Shown: positions 1 to 10,870 of the stretch, in pieces
How positions within the stretch are numbered: position 1 is the first letter of the stretch
Layout of the letters: each line of letters starts with the position of its first letter
DNA from: Spirochaetia bacterium
GTDB taxonomy: Bacteria; Spirochaetota; Spirochaetia; SP-2023
Assembly: GCA_965225855.1 (NCBI GenBank)
Contig: CBDDCK010000005.1
Span: 1,760,001 to 1,824,000 of the forward strand
DNA: 64,000 nucleotides
Direction: 5' to 3'
Position numbers and translations under genes: made by a program
Notes under the pieces: model-generated
The model's input: only the letters and a program-made list of their open reading frames with translations
Told to the model about the DNA's origin: nothing
The model's database searches: none

Positions 1-330
1 TTAAGGCTGTCGATGCACTAAAGGTACGCCATGAAATTGTGATTTTACCGCAAGGAAAGCCTGATGGTAAAAATAAGAGGCCAGCTCCTATACTCTATGC
101 TTTAAGTCAAATTCACAATGAGCGCACCCATGTTTTGGGTATTCCGTTGGATTTGGGTAATTCTTTTAACCGAAGGGTAAGTGCAATCCAAGGTTGGATC
201 TGTCAGAGGATTTATCATTAAGGTTATTTGCTAGGAATTTTTAAGGTCTAAACAATTTTAAAGAGATTTTGGCACAGAATTTTTAACAAAATCTGATATA
301 AATCTGTTTCTTCTTATGCAAGAATCATAG

Positions 331-1422
331 CTATTGCAAGTCTTGAGAACCTAAGTTACCCAAAATCTTGTTTAGAAGCTGCATTTTATTCTTTACTTTG
401 GTTTTACGATAAATAGAATAGATATGGCTTTTTACCGTTGCTAAAGAAATATATAAATGTTCTGCTATAGCAGCATAGCTTTGGCCGCCAATCAACTCAA
501 CTAATACTTCGCGTTCACGTTTAGAAATATTATAACAATTAAAGAACTCATCTAAATTTTCTACATCAAAACCATTATTGATATTGCCAATGGTATTGGA
601 GCCAGCTATCACTTTTGCTACCAGATGCTGATTTCGTTGCAATACCAAAGTATATAATACGTGGATAAAAAACGGCATTGTAAATAAAGTATAATAAATA
701 GGCATAAAGTTTATTCTATAAAATGGTGGATCATCATTTATATAGCGAATCTTCGCATAATCTTTAGTATTTGAAAATGGAGGAAAATAATACATATAAA
801 GAGGTATAAACAACACAATTTGCAAAATAGCGCAAAATATAAAACTCATAGCTAAAGACTTATACCAAAATCGTAAAGCATGATTTTTAATTGTATTGGT
901 AAAACCAAGCTGAAGGCAAATTATCGGTGCTACTATCGCAGACAAAGCTACCACCAAATAGATTACAATCTCCAAAGTTTCTAGCGCAAATGCCCATTTT
1001 GGCAACAATAAAACTATTCCCGCATAAAGGCAACTGAAGCAAATAGCATAAACAATGGTCCCACACTGTAAATTTTTCCAGCCAACTTTTAGAAGGCAAG
1101 CGCACAGGCTTTCTAAAGCCCATGGCAACCAGCAGAGCAACAAAATCCGCAAAAAGCGCAAAGTCTCAAAGTTGAATGCTATAATTCTAGTTAAGCCAAA
1201 ATGATTAAAGTAAGTAGAAGAAACATTCAATGACAATATACCCAACAACCCTATTAACTTTATTGCTTGTGCAATTTCTTTTGAGTGGAAACTTGTGATC
1301 CCACCCAAAACCAATAGGCACCAAATGTAATGGGAAAGTAAAATACTGTAGCTGTAATGAATATTTTGTAACATGGCTTTATCTATCTCTTTAAGCGTTT
1401 GCCTTGAGTGTTTCACCCACAA
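331..1422 (-). CDS. Membrane-anchored LuxR-family transcriptional regulator
   Basis: Multiple hydrophobic segments, then a C-terminal LuxR HTH (ISKREREVLVELIGGQSYAAIAEHLYISLATVKSHIYSIYRK). The true start may lie slightly downstream. Confidence 0.85.
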   Translation of the reverse strand: MWVKHSRQTLKEIDKAMLQNIHYSYSILLSHYIWCLLVLGGITSFHSKEIAQAIKLIGLLGILSLNVSSTYFNHFGLTRIIAFNFETLRFLRILLLCWLPWALESLCACLLKVGWKNLQCGTIVYAICFSCLYAGIVLLLPKWAFALETLEIVIYLVVALSAIVAPIICLQLGFTNTIKNHALRFWYKSLAMSFIFCAILQIVLFIPLYMYYFPPFSNTKDYAKIRYINDDPPFYRINFMPIYYTLFTMPFFIHVLYTLVLQRNQHLVAKVIAGSNTIGNINNGFDVENLDEFFNCYNISKREREVLVELIGGQSYAAIAEHLYISLATVKSHIYSIYRKTKVKNKMQLLNKILGNLGSQDLQ

Positions 1423-2824
1423 GACTATTTTCTCTTAAACCGTCTTCCTGAATATGGCTCCCAAGAGGATTACCCCCAAGAAGATTGCCCCAAAGCGTAC
1501 GGCCCCGCAGCTCTTCAATACGGACTTGCACAAAATGGTTTAGCAAACTTTGGGGCTCAAATCCTTCTGGCACTGGAAAGATTACCATCTGGTTGTATTG
1601 ATTGCGGCACAACAATTCGTGCGGGTTCTGCTTGGAAGGGCTTTCCACCAAAACATCTTCAAGCTTGCCTATCCTCTGCCTCAAATTCTCCAAAGTGATG
1701 CGATCTTGTATAGCTTGCAGGCGGTACAAGCGTTCTTTCTGCACCGGCTCGGGGATCAAATCATCGCGTTCAAAAGCCGGGGTTCCGGGAATAGGGTTGT
1801 AGTAATAGGTAAAAGCTGAATCGTAGCGTACTTCCTCCACATAATCCAGCAATATCTGTAAATCGCGCTCGGTCTCGCTGGCAAAACCAACCATTAAGTC
1901 TGAAGTCAAGCTTACATCGGGCAGAGCGCGGCGCAGACGCAAAACTAAACTGCGGTACCATTGCAGGGTATAACCGCGATTCATTTCTTCTAGCACGCGG
2001 TCAGAAGCATGTTGCAAAGGCAGATGAACATGATTACAAATCCTTTTGTTATTGGCTATTAAGTCGATAAACTCATCACCAAAGTCCGTTGGATGTGGCG
2101 TAATAAAGCGAATACGCGGAATATCTGTTTCTCGCAGAACAATGCGTAGCAGCTCATTAAAGTCCACTTCTTCATAATTGTATGAATTTACATTCTGGCC
2201 AATTAGAGTAATGTCTTGATAGCCTTTCTCCTGTTGGCTTTGGGCCTCGGCCACAATTTGAGCAACTGGGCGCGAAACTTCTTTGCCTCGCACAAACGGG
2301 ATAATACAGTAACTACAAAAGTTGTCGCAGCCATGCATAATAGGAATCATACCCTGTACTGAATTATGGCTGCTGTGGTCTTTAAAAAAGATATAGTTTT
2401 CTTTCTTTAGAACCTTTGGAGGCTGCTCTTTAGGATTTTCTACTTTAGGGTTTACCTCGCCAAAATTCTTGGCAATAAGTTTGGGAATTTGGTCTTTCGC
2501 CATGGAGCCAATAATATGGTCTACCGCTGGGCAACGCTGTGGAATTTCTTCTGCCAAACGTTCGGCCATACAGCCCATTACGATTAGGCAAAATGCTCGG
2601 CGTTGTTTCATCGTAGAAAAATGCACCAAGCGGCTCCACAAGCGGTTTTCTGCACTGATGCGCACCGAACAACTGTTGAGAATAATGGCTTGGGCCGTAT
2701 CTTCGCTGGGGGCTTGCTGCCAATCCATGGCTTTCAAGCTATTTTCTAAAGCGTTTGCTTCTGCCAAGTTCATTTGGCAGCCGTAATTTTCGACCCAAAA
2801 GGTCTTATCTATAGTTTGTAACAT
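1391..2824 (-). CDS. miaB: tRNA-2-methylthio-N6-dimethylallyladenosine synthase (radical SAM methylthiotransferase)
   Basis: NYGCQMN N-terminus, GCDNFCSYC radical-SAM motif, GQNVNSY, C-terminal TRAM domain. Confidence 0.93.
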   Translation of the reverse strand: MLQTIDKTFWVENYGCQMNLAEANALENSLKAMDWQQAPSEDTAQAIILNSCSVRISAENRLWSRLVHFSTMKQRRAFCLIVMGCMAERLAEEIPQRCPAVDHIIGSMAKDQIPKLIAKNFGEVNPKVENPKEQPPKVLKKENYIFFKDHSSHNSVQGMIPIMHGCDNFCSYCIIPFVRGKEVSRPVAQIVAEAQSQQEKGYQDITLIGQNVNSYNYEEVDFNELLRIVLRETDIPRIRFITPHPTDFGDEFIDLIANNKRICNHVHLPLQHASDRVLEEMNRGYTLQWYRSLVLRLRRALPDVSLTSDLMVGFASETERDLQILLDYVEEVRYDSAFTYYYNPIPGTPAFERDDLIPEPVQKERLYRLQAIQDRITLENLRQRIGKLEDVLVESPSKQNPHELLCRNQYNQMVIFPVPEGFEPQSLLNHFVQVRIEELRGRTLWGNLLGGNPLGSHIQEDGLRENSLVGETLKANA

Positions 2825-2850
2825 ATACGTTCCTATTTTTTAGTGTTGAG

Positions 2851-3855
2851 TTAAGGCAATAATTGCCGAGCTTCGTCCAATATTTTGGCCATAACCTTAT
2901 GTACATCGTCATGTTGCTGGCGCAATTCAAGCCGATGGCATAAAACGGCTGTGCCCAGCATAAGCAAATCTTGATCAATAACATAATTGCGCCCTTGGCA
3001 CAGGGCATAACCGCGGGCACAAGAAAGCCACATTAATATCGCACGGGTGGAAACCCCTAACCGCACTGCAGGGGTATCCCGTGTTAAACGCGCTACTTGA
3101 ACCGCCCATTCTTCCAGTTTGGGCGCACAATATACTTGCTTTGCCAATTGCTGCAAGGAGAGAATTTCGTTTTGGCTCATCACTGCAGTAAAATTGGGTA
3201 AGTTGCGGTGGCTTGGGTCGTTGCGCACAACCGAAAGTTCATGTTCAAAATCCGGGTAGCCTAGGCTCAATTGCATGCTAAAGCGGTCTAACTGGGCTTT
3301 GGGTAAGATGTACGTTCCTGCCATTTCTACTGGGTTTTGCGTTGCAATCACCCAAAATGGTCCTGGCAAAACATGGGTTTCTTTGCCCACGGTAACCTGC
3401 TGTTCGGCCATAACTTCCAACAAGGCGGACTGGACTTTAGGCGTAGCGCGGTTGATTTCATCAGCCAACAGTAGGTTGCAAAACACTGGTCCGGGGTGGA
3501 ATTCAAAGCAATGCTCATCGGGCCGCCAAACTTCCACCCCCGTAACATCGTAGGGCAATAAGTCTGGTGTGAACTGAATGCGGTTGTAATGGCAACCAGT
3601 CTCACCACCGCCAGTGGCTTTGGCTAAAGCTTTTACCAATGTGGTTTTGCCAACCCCAGGTAAGTCTTCCAACAAGATGTGACCACAAGAGAGCATGCAA
3701 GCGATGATCATTTGTAGTACTTCCCGTTTGCCACAGATTACTTGCTCTAAATGGTTGAGCAGTTGTTCTACTTGCTTGCCTGCGTGTTGATATGGCTGGC
3801 AAGGTTGCTGGGCTTGTTCGGAATTTTCGACTGATGATACTGGTAATTCATTCAT
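2851..3855 (-). CDS. MoxR-family AAA+ ATPase
   Basis: EDLPGVGKT Walker A, RIQFTPDLLP, LLADEINRATPKVQSALLE, ATQNP. Confidence 0.93.
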   Translation of the reverse strand: MNELPVSSVENSEQAQQPCQPYQHAGKQVEQLLNHLEQVICGKREVLQMIIACMLSCGHILLEDLPGVGKTTLVKALAKATGGGETGCHYNRIQFTPDLLPYDVTGVEVWRPDEHCFEFHPGPVFCNLLLADEINRATPKVQSALLEVMAEQQVTVGKETHVLPGPFWVIATQNPVEMAGTYILPKAQLDRFSMQLSLGYPDFEHELSVVRNDPSHRNLPNFTAVMSQNEILSLQQLAKQVYCAPKLEEWAVQVARLTRDTPAVRLGVSTRAILMWLSCARGYALCQGRNYVIDQDLLMLGTAVLCHRLELRQQHDDVHKVMAKILDEARQLLP

Positions 3856-4198
3856 AAAGCGTTTCCTAAAAATGGCTACGATTATAGTTTAAATAGCCAC
3901 TTTTGTCTAACCTACAAAAAACAACAAGAAGGCCCGCTTGTTGGCAAATATCTTGAAATAATGGACCTATCATATTATGGTAAGAAGAATTATTTAAAAG
4001 TTATATATATAATATGGACAACAGCCATAAGCATTACACTGTAATGGTGGCTATATTTTATTGGTACGAATGGACCTTGTGTTTGCATCTTGCAAACCCT
4101 TTGACGAATTTTTAGAAGAATCACAAGCACAAGAACAAAAAATAGTAAAGCCCAAAACCAAGGCCGAGCTAAAGGCATTTATATGGAGAATCAACGCC

Positions 4199-4612
4199 AT
4201 GAATAAAATTTAATGATCGATGGCGAGGGCAACCCGAATACCGCACATTCGTTTAAAGATGCCGTGGAAGCCTTGTTTCTCCTTGCGTACAAGCTAAAAT
4301 TTATAGCCAAGAACAGGATGCTAGCCACTGACTACGCAGTGATGCCGTTAGAAGGGCTATGGTGGGCGTAAGATATATCTTCGTTTAGTATGGAAAACAA
4401 AGACAACTGGAAATGGACTTTGATGATTGCGCAGCCACCATTTATTATTAGCTTGACCATGGTGGAAGAGGCCAACGGTAGCCAAGCTTCATGATTTTAT
4501 CGAACAAAGCGGCCACCAAAGGCGCGATAAGCACCATGAAATATATCTAAAGGATATGAGAAGAGTCTCTCCTGAAAACTGGAAGACCGTTATCCGCCAT
4601 CCGATCGTCTAG
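4199..4612 (+). pseudogene. GyrI-like small-molecule-binding domain protein, disrupted
   Basis: Hand translation MNKILMIDGEGNPN...YAVMPLEGLWWA*DISSFSMENKDNWKWTLMIAQP with in-frame TAA at 4369-4371. After a deletion/frameshift it continues KLHDFIEQSG...KHHEIYLKDMRRVSPENWKTVIRHPIV*. Confidence 0.8.
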
Positions 4613-4719
4613 TGCACCGTTCTAATTTTCTTCCATTGAAGCGTGGAAAAACCCCTATCTTATTTGTGTGATTTTGACTATGCTTAGGGCAAATAACCCA
4701 AACTCCATGGTAGCTGACT

Positions 4720-5502
4720 ATGAATCAACACCCAAACAGTATAAGACCTTCACAAGACCCAAACTTAAAACTGCTGCGTACCCCACAGGAATCTCACAGA
4801 TTAAAAGTAGTGCTGTGCCAACCCGATGGTAGCCGCAATGTAGGTGCCACCTGCCGGGCTATGGGCAGCATGGGCTATAGCCAGCTCTACATAGTCGGGC
4901 GGGAAAAAGCCTTTTTTAACCATGAACAAGTGGCCACAATGGGCCTAAACTCCAGCCACCTATTTGAACAAGCCCATTTCTTGCCCACCTTAGAAAGCAT
5001 TGTAGCCGATTGTAGTATAGTCGTGGGCCTAACACGGCGGCGGGGCTCACGGCGTAAATATTTTTCTATCACGCCCGAGCAACTGGGCCAACGCATAGCC
5101 TCAACCCCCGGAAACCTAGCCCTACTCTTTGGCAATGAACGGGTGGGCCTAAATGATGAACAACTAAGCTACTGCAACCTAGCCTGCCATATCCCCACTC
5201 ACCCACAACAGCCTTCCTTAAACCTATCCCATGCTGTGCAAATTATATTGTATGAGCTCTCCAAACTACAGGAACACCAAAGCGAGCTAACCGCTTTAAC
5301 CCAAACAGAGTTAAGTCAACTTAGCGGGGTCCTAATCGAGCATATGCAAAGCATGGGCCTAACAGACAAGCTAGGCAACCAACGCACCCAAAACTTTTTA
5401 CATGATATTCTAAGTCGAGCAACCCTTTCCCAAAGGGAAGGCCAACGCCTATTGCGCATGTTTGAGACTTTACGCTATAGCCACCAGCCAGAGAAACTAT
5501 AA
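4720..5502 (+). CDS. SPOUT-family (TrmH/TrmJ-like) RNA methyltransferase
   Basis: NVGATCRAM, ALLFGNERVGL and SLNLSHAV motifs. Confidence 0.9.
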   Translation: MNQHPNSIRPSQDPNLKLLRTPQESHRLKVVLCQPDGSRNVGATCRAMGSMGYSQLYIVGREKAFFNHEQVATMGLNSSHLFEQAHFLPTLESIVADCSIVVGLTRRRGSRRKYFSITPEQLGQRIASTPGNLALLFGNERVGLNDEQLSYCNLACHIPTHPQQPSLNLSHAVQIILYELSKLQEHQSELTALTQTELSQLSGVLIEHMQSMGLTDKLGNQRTQNFLHDILSRATLSQREGQRLLRMFETLRYSHQPEKL

Positions 5503-5573
5503 CAAGCTATCATTAAGATAAAGGCTTTATTCTGTTCTGTTATCGCCGTTGGTATAGCTATACCGTTTCTATC

Positions 5574-8500
5574 TTGTTGGCAATGCTAAGCCTAAAGTCG
5601 CTGACTGCTTTTACCCTACTGCCCAATATAGCCATAAGTACAGAAGTCAGAGTACAAGCCGATACAGGAGCAAAGCAAAAAACCAAGCAAGCAATCCAAT
5701 GGTTGCAAAGCATCACCCAGCTATTAGCCAGTCAATCCCATCACCAGCCCGGCTACCAGTCCAATCCCGCTACTGGGCCCACTAAGGGTGGTTTAAGCTT
5801 GCGCGAAGCATCAAACCAAGAGCAGACGCTATTACTAGCTATTAAGAAACTCGCAGCCTACTATGGCTTCCCAGCCAAGCTCTACTCGCTCGACAAAATC
5901 CAAACCATGCATTCGTTCTCCAGCAATTTAGAAGTACAGATACCCGCTAGCACTTTTAGCGACTTTAGACAAAGCAAGTCCACCAGACTGTCTAAGCAAG
6001 AAGCACAGCGATGGTACAAAGTACAGCAAAGCAAGCGAGAATTAGTATTTCTCACGGCCATCTCTGGCAACTCTGTTTTGGACATTGTAACCTTACTGCT
6101 GTTGCTTGAAGCTAGTGCTAAGCAGACCCCACCCCTAGCCCTGCGCCTAGTCTTCTTAGGTTCGGAGCTAGAACCCAAGGCTATGGCCCAGCTAAAGCAA
6201 AGCTTGCCAGCGGGCCGTTATCCTCGATATAACCAAAGATATACTCAAGCATACCATCAAGAATACCCTATAGGCTTGCGCAGTTTTATCTATAATTACC
6301 CACTGAAACAGCCCTATAGCCTAATCTACCTATACCACGGCCAGCAAGATTCATTGGCCAACTACAGCTTCAGCTATAATGCCATAGCCCCCATCATACA
6401 GGGGCTAGCCGAAGTAGTGCAACAAAGGCTACTGCTGCTAGATCGTTTCAACCAGCTACAAGGTGGGAATACCTTGCTAGAGTATTGGTCCTTTGTTGCC
6501 AATCTAAGTGCTTGGAAGCAAGCTTTCTGGCAAGGATTTCAGCAAGGCAGCCATAGCCAAGCTACAGTACAAATCATGCACCACAGTAGCCAGAGCAACA
6601 TCGTAGCTCCCCTGCACTTAGGACATGCCTTCCAAAGCGTCCAGCTACCGTTTAGTTACGGCAACGGTATGCAACTACAGCCCATGGCTAGCTACCAGCG
6701 CACAGCCATACGAAAACGATTAAGGCCATTTATAGAAAAACAATGGCCCATACTGGCACTGGCCCAACCAACGCTAAACAAGCAACCAAAGCAAGGCTAC
6801 AAAAGGGCCAAAGGCAGCCACACACAATTAATCTATTGGGCCCAGCAAATTAAGCAGTTGGCTGCGGGCCTAGAACAATTCATGTGGCTAATGCTAGAAC
6901 AAGCTCTACAAGCACAGCAACAATCCCCTACTAGCGATAAGATCGCAGCACCCGCCGATTCCAGCGTAAAGAATCATCTAACAAATAGCCTAATCCAATG
7001 GCTTGAATGGCTACAATCACTTCAATCACTTGGCCCGCTAGCGCCTGCAATGCAGACCAAAGGCCATTCGGGCTATCACTATTGGCTATGGAACAACCAG
7101 AATCTATGGCCATTCGAGCTTGGGCTAGTCTACATTTCAGAAAACCAGATATTGCTAATGCTACTATTGGCTATCTTGCTGTTTGCCTTATTTCAGTTGC
7201 GCTGGCATACTCGGTTACAGCAGTTGCAAGTGCTGTACGGGCTAAGCCGAGCTAGCCTAATCAAAATGCTACTTGTGCCACTAACATTGCTGGCAAGCTA
7301 CTTTGTTTTTGCCTATCAAGCACAGGCCTTTATATTAAAGCTTGTAGGGCATAAGCCTTTCTCGCAATTGTGGCTAGAATCGCTGCTGCCTATTGAGGGT
7401 CCTTTACCGCAAGGCTTTTTAGCGCAGTTTACTACTTTATGGGCTATCATCTTGCTGCAGCTCAACATACTCTTGTTGTTTGTCTATGGGTTTGCAGCCA
7501 GCTTTAGTGTCGATAAAAGGCCCACCATATGGCTTTTGCCTTATTTTAGCCACAGCTTTACTTTTATTTGGCTGTGGCTACTGGCATGGCAAAGCTTCCG
7601 CTTGGCACTGTTGGGCCTATATTTCTTTGCACTACAGAGTGTATATATCATCTTACCTAAATCTTATAGCCGCTTTTATCTGCTGCGCATCTTACAGAAA
7701 ACCAGCTTGTATTGTGTTATTGGTCTACAGTTTGTGCCATCTATTTTGTTGCTAATATCTTTGCCTTTGCCCTTTGCTCTATTTGGGTTCTCCAGCCAAG
7801 GGATTCCCAGTCAAGCTCTATTGACCATACTGTTCTTGCCGGGCCTGCTACTTCATTACAGCCAGATTCTATACCGCCGTTTCTACCATGGCCAAAGCTT
7901 TTATCGCTACCTGCTGCGCCATATACTCTTGTATATCCTGAATATTCTGGCTTGTGTGGGGCTATTATATTTTGGCAACCAGCAAAGCCAAAATTCTCCC
8001 CAAAAAGGCAAGGTACACCTGCTAGAATCCTATATTCTCCAGCCCCAAGGGAAACCCAAGGGGCCAGAAGGCCCAAGCACAGCATACCAAATTTGGCAAT
8101 ACTATAGTGGCAATAGCTACCCTAGTTCATTGCCAATTGGGCAAGATATTCCACCCCAGTACTTCCAGCGCCCCCTCACAACACAAGAAATATCTGTTCT
8201 GGAAGCTCTGGGGCAGACACTCTTCTCAGCCGATGGCAGAATGATTCAGCAACAATATTCTAGTATTTTGCAACTGCAAGCGGCTGTACCGCTTAGCCAT
8301 ATTTCCGTTGAAATTAGGGGCTCAAAATTATTGTTCGCCAACTTTCCATTTACTCTACCCTTGCCTGCTGGCGATACCGTATATCAAGGCAGCTACAAAA
8401 GCCATCTAGTTATGGGCTTTTGGCCTCCAGCAGGTCAGAAAATAGAGCTGTTATTTGCCGGCACAACTGGCAAGCTTATCTATGATATTATCTGGCAAGC

Positions 8501-8666
8501 CCCTAGCGAGCATGATAGTCCTAGGTCAGGGCCTATAGGCGATCCTATCGAAAAATATTTACTGCCTCTGGTCCGCAAAAATACTCTTAGCTTCTACAAG
8601 CGAAAAGAATATAGCATAACTGAGCATACCGTAGTCGTGCGGGGTTTAAAGCTGAAACTGCACTAG
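5574..8666 (+). CDS. Large multi-pass membrane protein, possibly a degenerate M28-peptidase-like architecture
   Basis: 1030-aa ORF with a soluble N-terminal half (RLVFLGSE resembles an M28 strand), about 9-10 TM segments and a soluble C-terminus. Metal ligands not recognisable. Confidence 0.45.
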   Translation: MLAMLSLKSLTAFTLLPNIAISTEVRVQADTGAKQKTKQAIQWLQSITQLLASQSHHQPGYQSNPATGPTKGGLSLREASNQEQTLLLAIKKLAAYYGFPAKLYSLDKIQTMHSFSSNLEVQIPASTFSDFRQSKSTRLSKQEAQRWYKVQQSKRELVFLTAISGNSVLDIVTLLLLLEASAKQTPPLALRLVFLGSELEPKAMAQLKQSLPAGRYPRYNQRYTQAYHQEYPIGLRSFIYNYPLKQPYSLIYLYHGQQDSLANYSFSYNAIAPIIQGLAEVVQQRLLLLDRFNQLQGGNTLLEYWSFVANLSAWKQAFWQGFQQGSHSQATVQIMHHSSQSNIVAPLHLGHAFQSVQLPFSYGNGMQLQPMASYQRTAIRKRLRPFIEKQWPILALAQPTLNKQPKQGYKRAKGSHTQLIYWAQQIKQLAAGLEQFMWLMLEQALQAQQQSPTSDKIAAPADSSVKNHLTNSLIQWLEWLQSLQSLGPLAPAMQTKGHSGYHYWLWNNQNLWPFELGLVYISENQILLMLLLAILLFALFQLRWHTRLQQLQVLYGLSRASLIKMLLVPLTLLASYFVFAYQAQAFILKLVGHKPFSQLWLESLLPIEGPLPQGFLAQFTTLWAIILLQLNILLLFVYGFAASFSVDKRPTIWLLPYFSHSFTFIWLWLLAWQSFRLALLGLYFFALQSVYIILPKSYSRFYLLRILQKTSLYCVIGLQFVPSILLLISLPLPFALFGFSSQGIPSQALLTILFLPGLLLHYSQILYRRFYHGQSFYRYLLRHILLYILNILACVGLLYFGNQQSQNSPQKGKVHLLESYILQPQGKPKGPEGPSTAYQIWQYYSGNSYPSSLPIGQDIPPQYFQRPLTTQEISVLEALGQTLFSADGRMIQQQYSSILQLQAAVPLSHISVEIRGSKLLFANFPFTLPLPAGDTVYQGSYKSHLVMGFWPPAGQKIELLFAGTTGKLIYDIIWQAPSEHDSPRSGPIGDPIEKYLLPLVRKNTLSFYKRKEYSITEHTVVVRGLKLKLH

Positions 8667-8761
8667 CACAAAATGCCAAGCACAACCAGCTAAAAAGCGA
8701 AATTACTTTACCCAATAGCTAATTTTCATTCTGGCCGACTTTTATGCGTACCTAAAACTTG

Positions 8762-9820
8762 TTAAGAATTCTTTCTGTTTACTGCCATATAACGGACAAT
8801 TAAAAAAAATAATAGTGCACCTATAACGCCTACAAAAACCCCTGCATGCACCATTATGGGAGCAAGTAAAGTCCGCCCAAGGGTATCCGCCCAGCTAGTG
8901 ATAATGGCCCCAAACAGCATACTTACTACACCTAACTCACTACCGCGATAACCAATAATGTTTTTCGCAAGAAATGTAGCAATCAAACCAATAAAACTAA
9001 TGCTTCCCGCCAACGCCACCACCGGTGCCATCGCGATAATTGCCAACCCAACCAAAGCAAAACTAAACGTTTTAGCACAGACCCCCAAGCGTTCTGCTAC
9101 TTGATAGCCAAGGCTCATAGGATTAATAGCGCGGCTAAAAGCAAAAAATAAACCGCCACAGATAACAGCCATAGATAGCAAAAAATTCATAGAAGCAAAA
9201 GTAATACTGGCAAAACTACCCGCTAACATAAGCTGCACCATAACCATACGTTCCATATCTAAACTAGATAAAAGCACATCGGTTATTGCAGAAAACACCG
9301 TACCAACAGCAATTCCCACAAGCAAAATAAATTTGCCCTGCATGCGCCCTCGTGCCAGAAACAAAATTAGCAAGCCCGTTAAAATAGCACCTATTGCCGT
9401 GCTCAAGCTAGCATATGCAGGTGGCAATGTGGGCACCATAAAATACAGCAAAATAGCCGCCATTGTAGCCCCATTAGTCAATCCCAATATGCCAGGGTCC
9501 GCCAGCGGGTTACGAGACAAAACCTGCAACATGTAGCCAGACAAAGCCATTAAAGCCCCTGCACACATACTACCCACCACACGCGGCAAACGGATTTCAT
9601 AAATAGTTTCACTAGAATTATTTGTATCTACATGCCCTTGTAGCACTAGCCAGACATCTTGCATAGTAACTTCAATAGAACCAAGTTTAAGCCCCATTAA
9701 AAAGCTAAACAGCAAACCAAGCACCATGGCAAAAGTTACCCAAAAACTACGCTTATAAATAGGCAGTGCAATGTTTTTAGCATTACCTACAATATAATTC
9801 TTTTCAATAATGTTCTGCAT
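8762..9820 (-). CDS. Iron-siderophore ABC transporter permease (FecCD family)
   Basis: IRLPRVV, RNPLADPGILG, ISFIGL. Confidence 0.92.
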   Translation of the reverse strand: MQNIIEKNYIVGNAKNIALPIYKRSFWVTFAMVLGLLFSFLMGLKLGSIEVTMQDVWLVLQGHVDTNNSSETIYEIRLPRVVGSMCAGALMALSGYMLQVLSRNPLADPGILGLTNGATMAAILLYFMVPTLPPAYASLSTAIGAILTGLLILFLARGRMQGKFILLVGIAVGTVFSAITDVLLSSLDMERMVMVQLMLAGSFASITFASMNFLLSMAVICGGLFFAFSRAINPMSLGYQVAERLGVCAKTFSFALVGLAIIAMAPVVALAGSISFIGLIATFLAKNIIGYRGSELGVVSMLFGAIITSWADTLGRTLLAPIMVHAGVFVGVIGALLFFLIVRYMAVNRKNS

Positions 9821-9823
9821 AAC

Positions 9824-10870
9824 CTATAACCTTTTGTTGCGTAGAAACAACAATATCAAAAAAAATAAGCCACCTAAGCTAGAAGTCACCGCCCCGACTA
9901 ACAGCAATTTAGGAGCAATCAAAATACGGGCAATACCATCGGCTATTGCTAATATTATCGCTCCCACAATGATAGCAAGTAATGCCCCATGGATACCCGT
10001 TTCGTTGACAAACAGCTTAACTATATGTGGTACAACCAAGCCCACAAAACCAATAGGGCCAATTACCGCTACCGATAATGCAGACAAAATAAAAATGCTA
10101 CCAATAGTAATAAAACGAATACGCTTTACATTAGCCCCCAAAACGGTTGCTTGGCTATCACCCATCATAAGTGCATCTAGCGAGTAAGATTGCGAAAATA
10201 AAAGTATCGCAAACAAAATAAAAGCAGGGTAGCTAATTTTTAAGCCATTAAAGTCAGAAGGATTGATTGTGCCCAAAAGCCAGTCTTGTATGCCCTGAAA
10301 GCCCAATGGGTCGATAGATAGAACAAATGTTTTTACCGAGCCAAACAGCAAACCCACCAAACTACCCGACAAAACTAAATGCACTCCCTTAGCCACATCA
10401 GATTTAGAAATTATCTTAGTTAAAGAAAATGTACAGAGCCCAGCCAAAACCGCCCCTAAAATTGCTGGTAAAAATAAGGCCGTATCATCTGCACGAAAAA
10501 AGTAAATAGCCAAAACAACAAATAAAGATGCTCCCGATACCACCCCCAAAGTCGTAGCCGATACCAATGGATTTTGGAATAACTTTTGCGCTTGAAAGCC
10601 TGTAAGCCCTAAACTAGCACCACAAACAATAGCCACATATAAGCGTGGCATACGCTGATTTACAATAATATGGTGAGCAAACTGGCTAGGGTCAAAATGA
10701 AAAATAGCTTGGTAAATGGTTGCAAAAGGTATTTTTACTGCACCTAAACTAATATTCCAAATAACTACAAACACAAAAGCTAAGAGGCAAATTGCCCAGC
10801 TACCTATGCTTTTAAAGCAGCTTTTTGCCGAAAGGTTTTTATTGGACAAGATATTTGGGCACATAAACAC
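9824..10870 (-). CDS. Iron-siderophore ABC transporter permease (FecCD family)
   Basis: RMPRL, FQNPLVS, GPIGFVGLVVPHIV. Confidence 0.92.
   Translation of the reverse strand: MFMCPNILSNKNLSAKSCFKSIGSWAICLLAFVFVVIWNISLGAVKIPFATIYQAIFHFDPSQFAHHIIVNQRMPRLYVAIVCGASLGLTGFQAQKLFQNPLVSATTLGVVSGASLFVVLAIYFFRADDTALFLPAILGAVLAGLCTFSLTKIISKSDVAKGVHLVLSGSLVGLLFGSVKTFVLSIDPLGFQGIQDWLLGTINPSDFNGLKISYPAFILFAILLFSQSYSLDALMMGDSQATVLGANVKRIRFITIGSIFILSALSVAVIGPIGFVGLVVPHIVKLFVNETGIHGALLAIIVGAIILAIADGIARILIAPKLLLVGAVTSSLGGLFFLILLFLRNKRL

Noticed and set aside
39..221. 60-aa ORF at the window start
   Set aside because: May be the tail of a gene entering from outside the window; no recognisable motif
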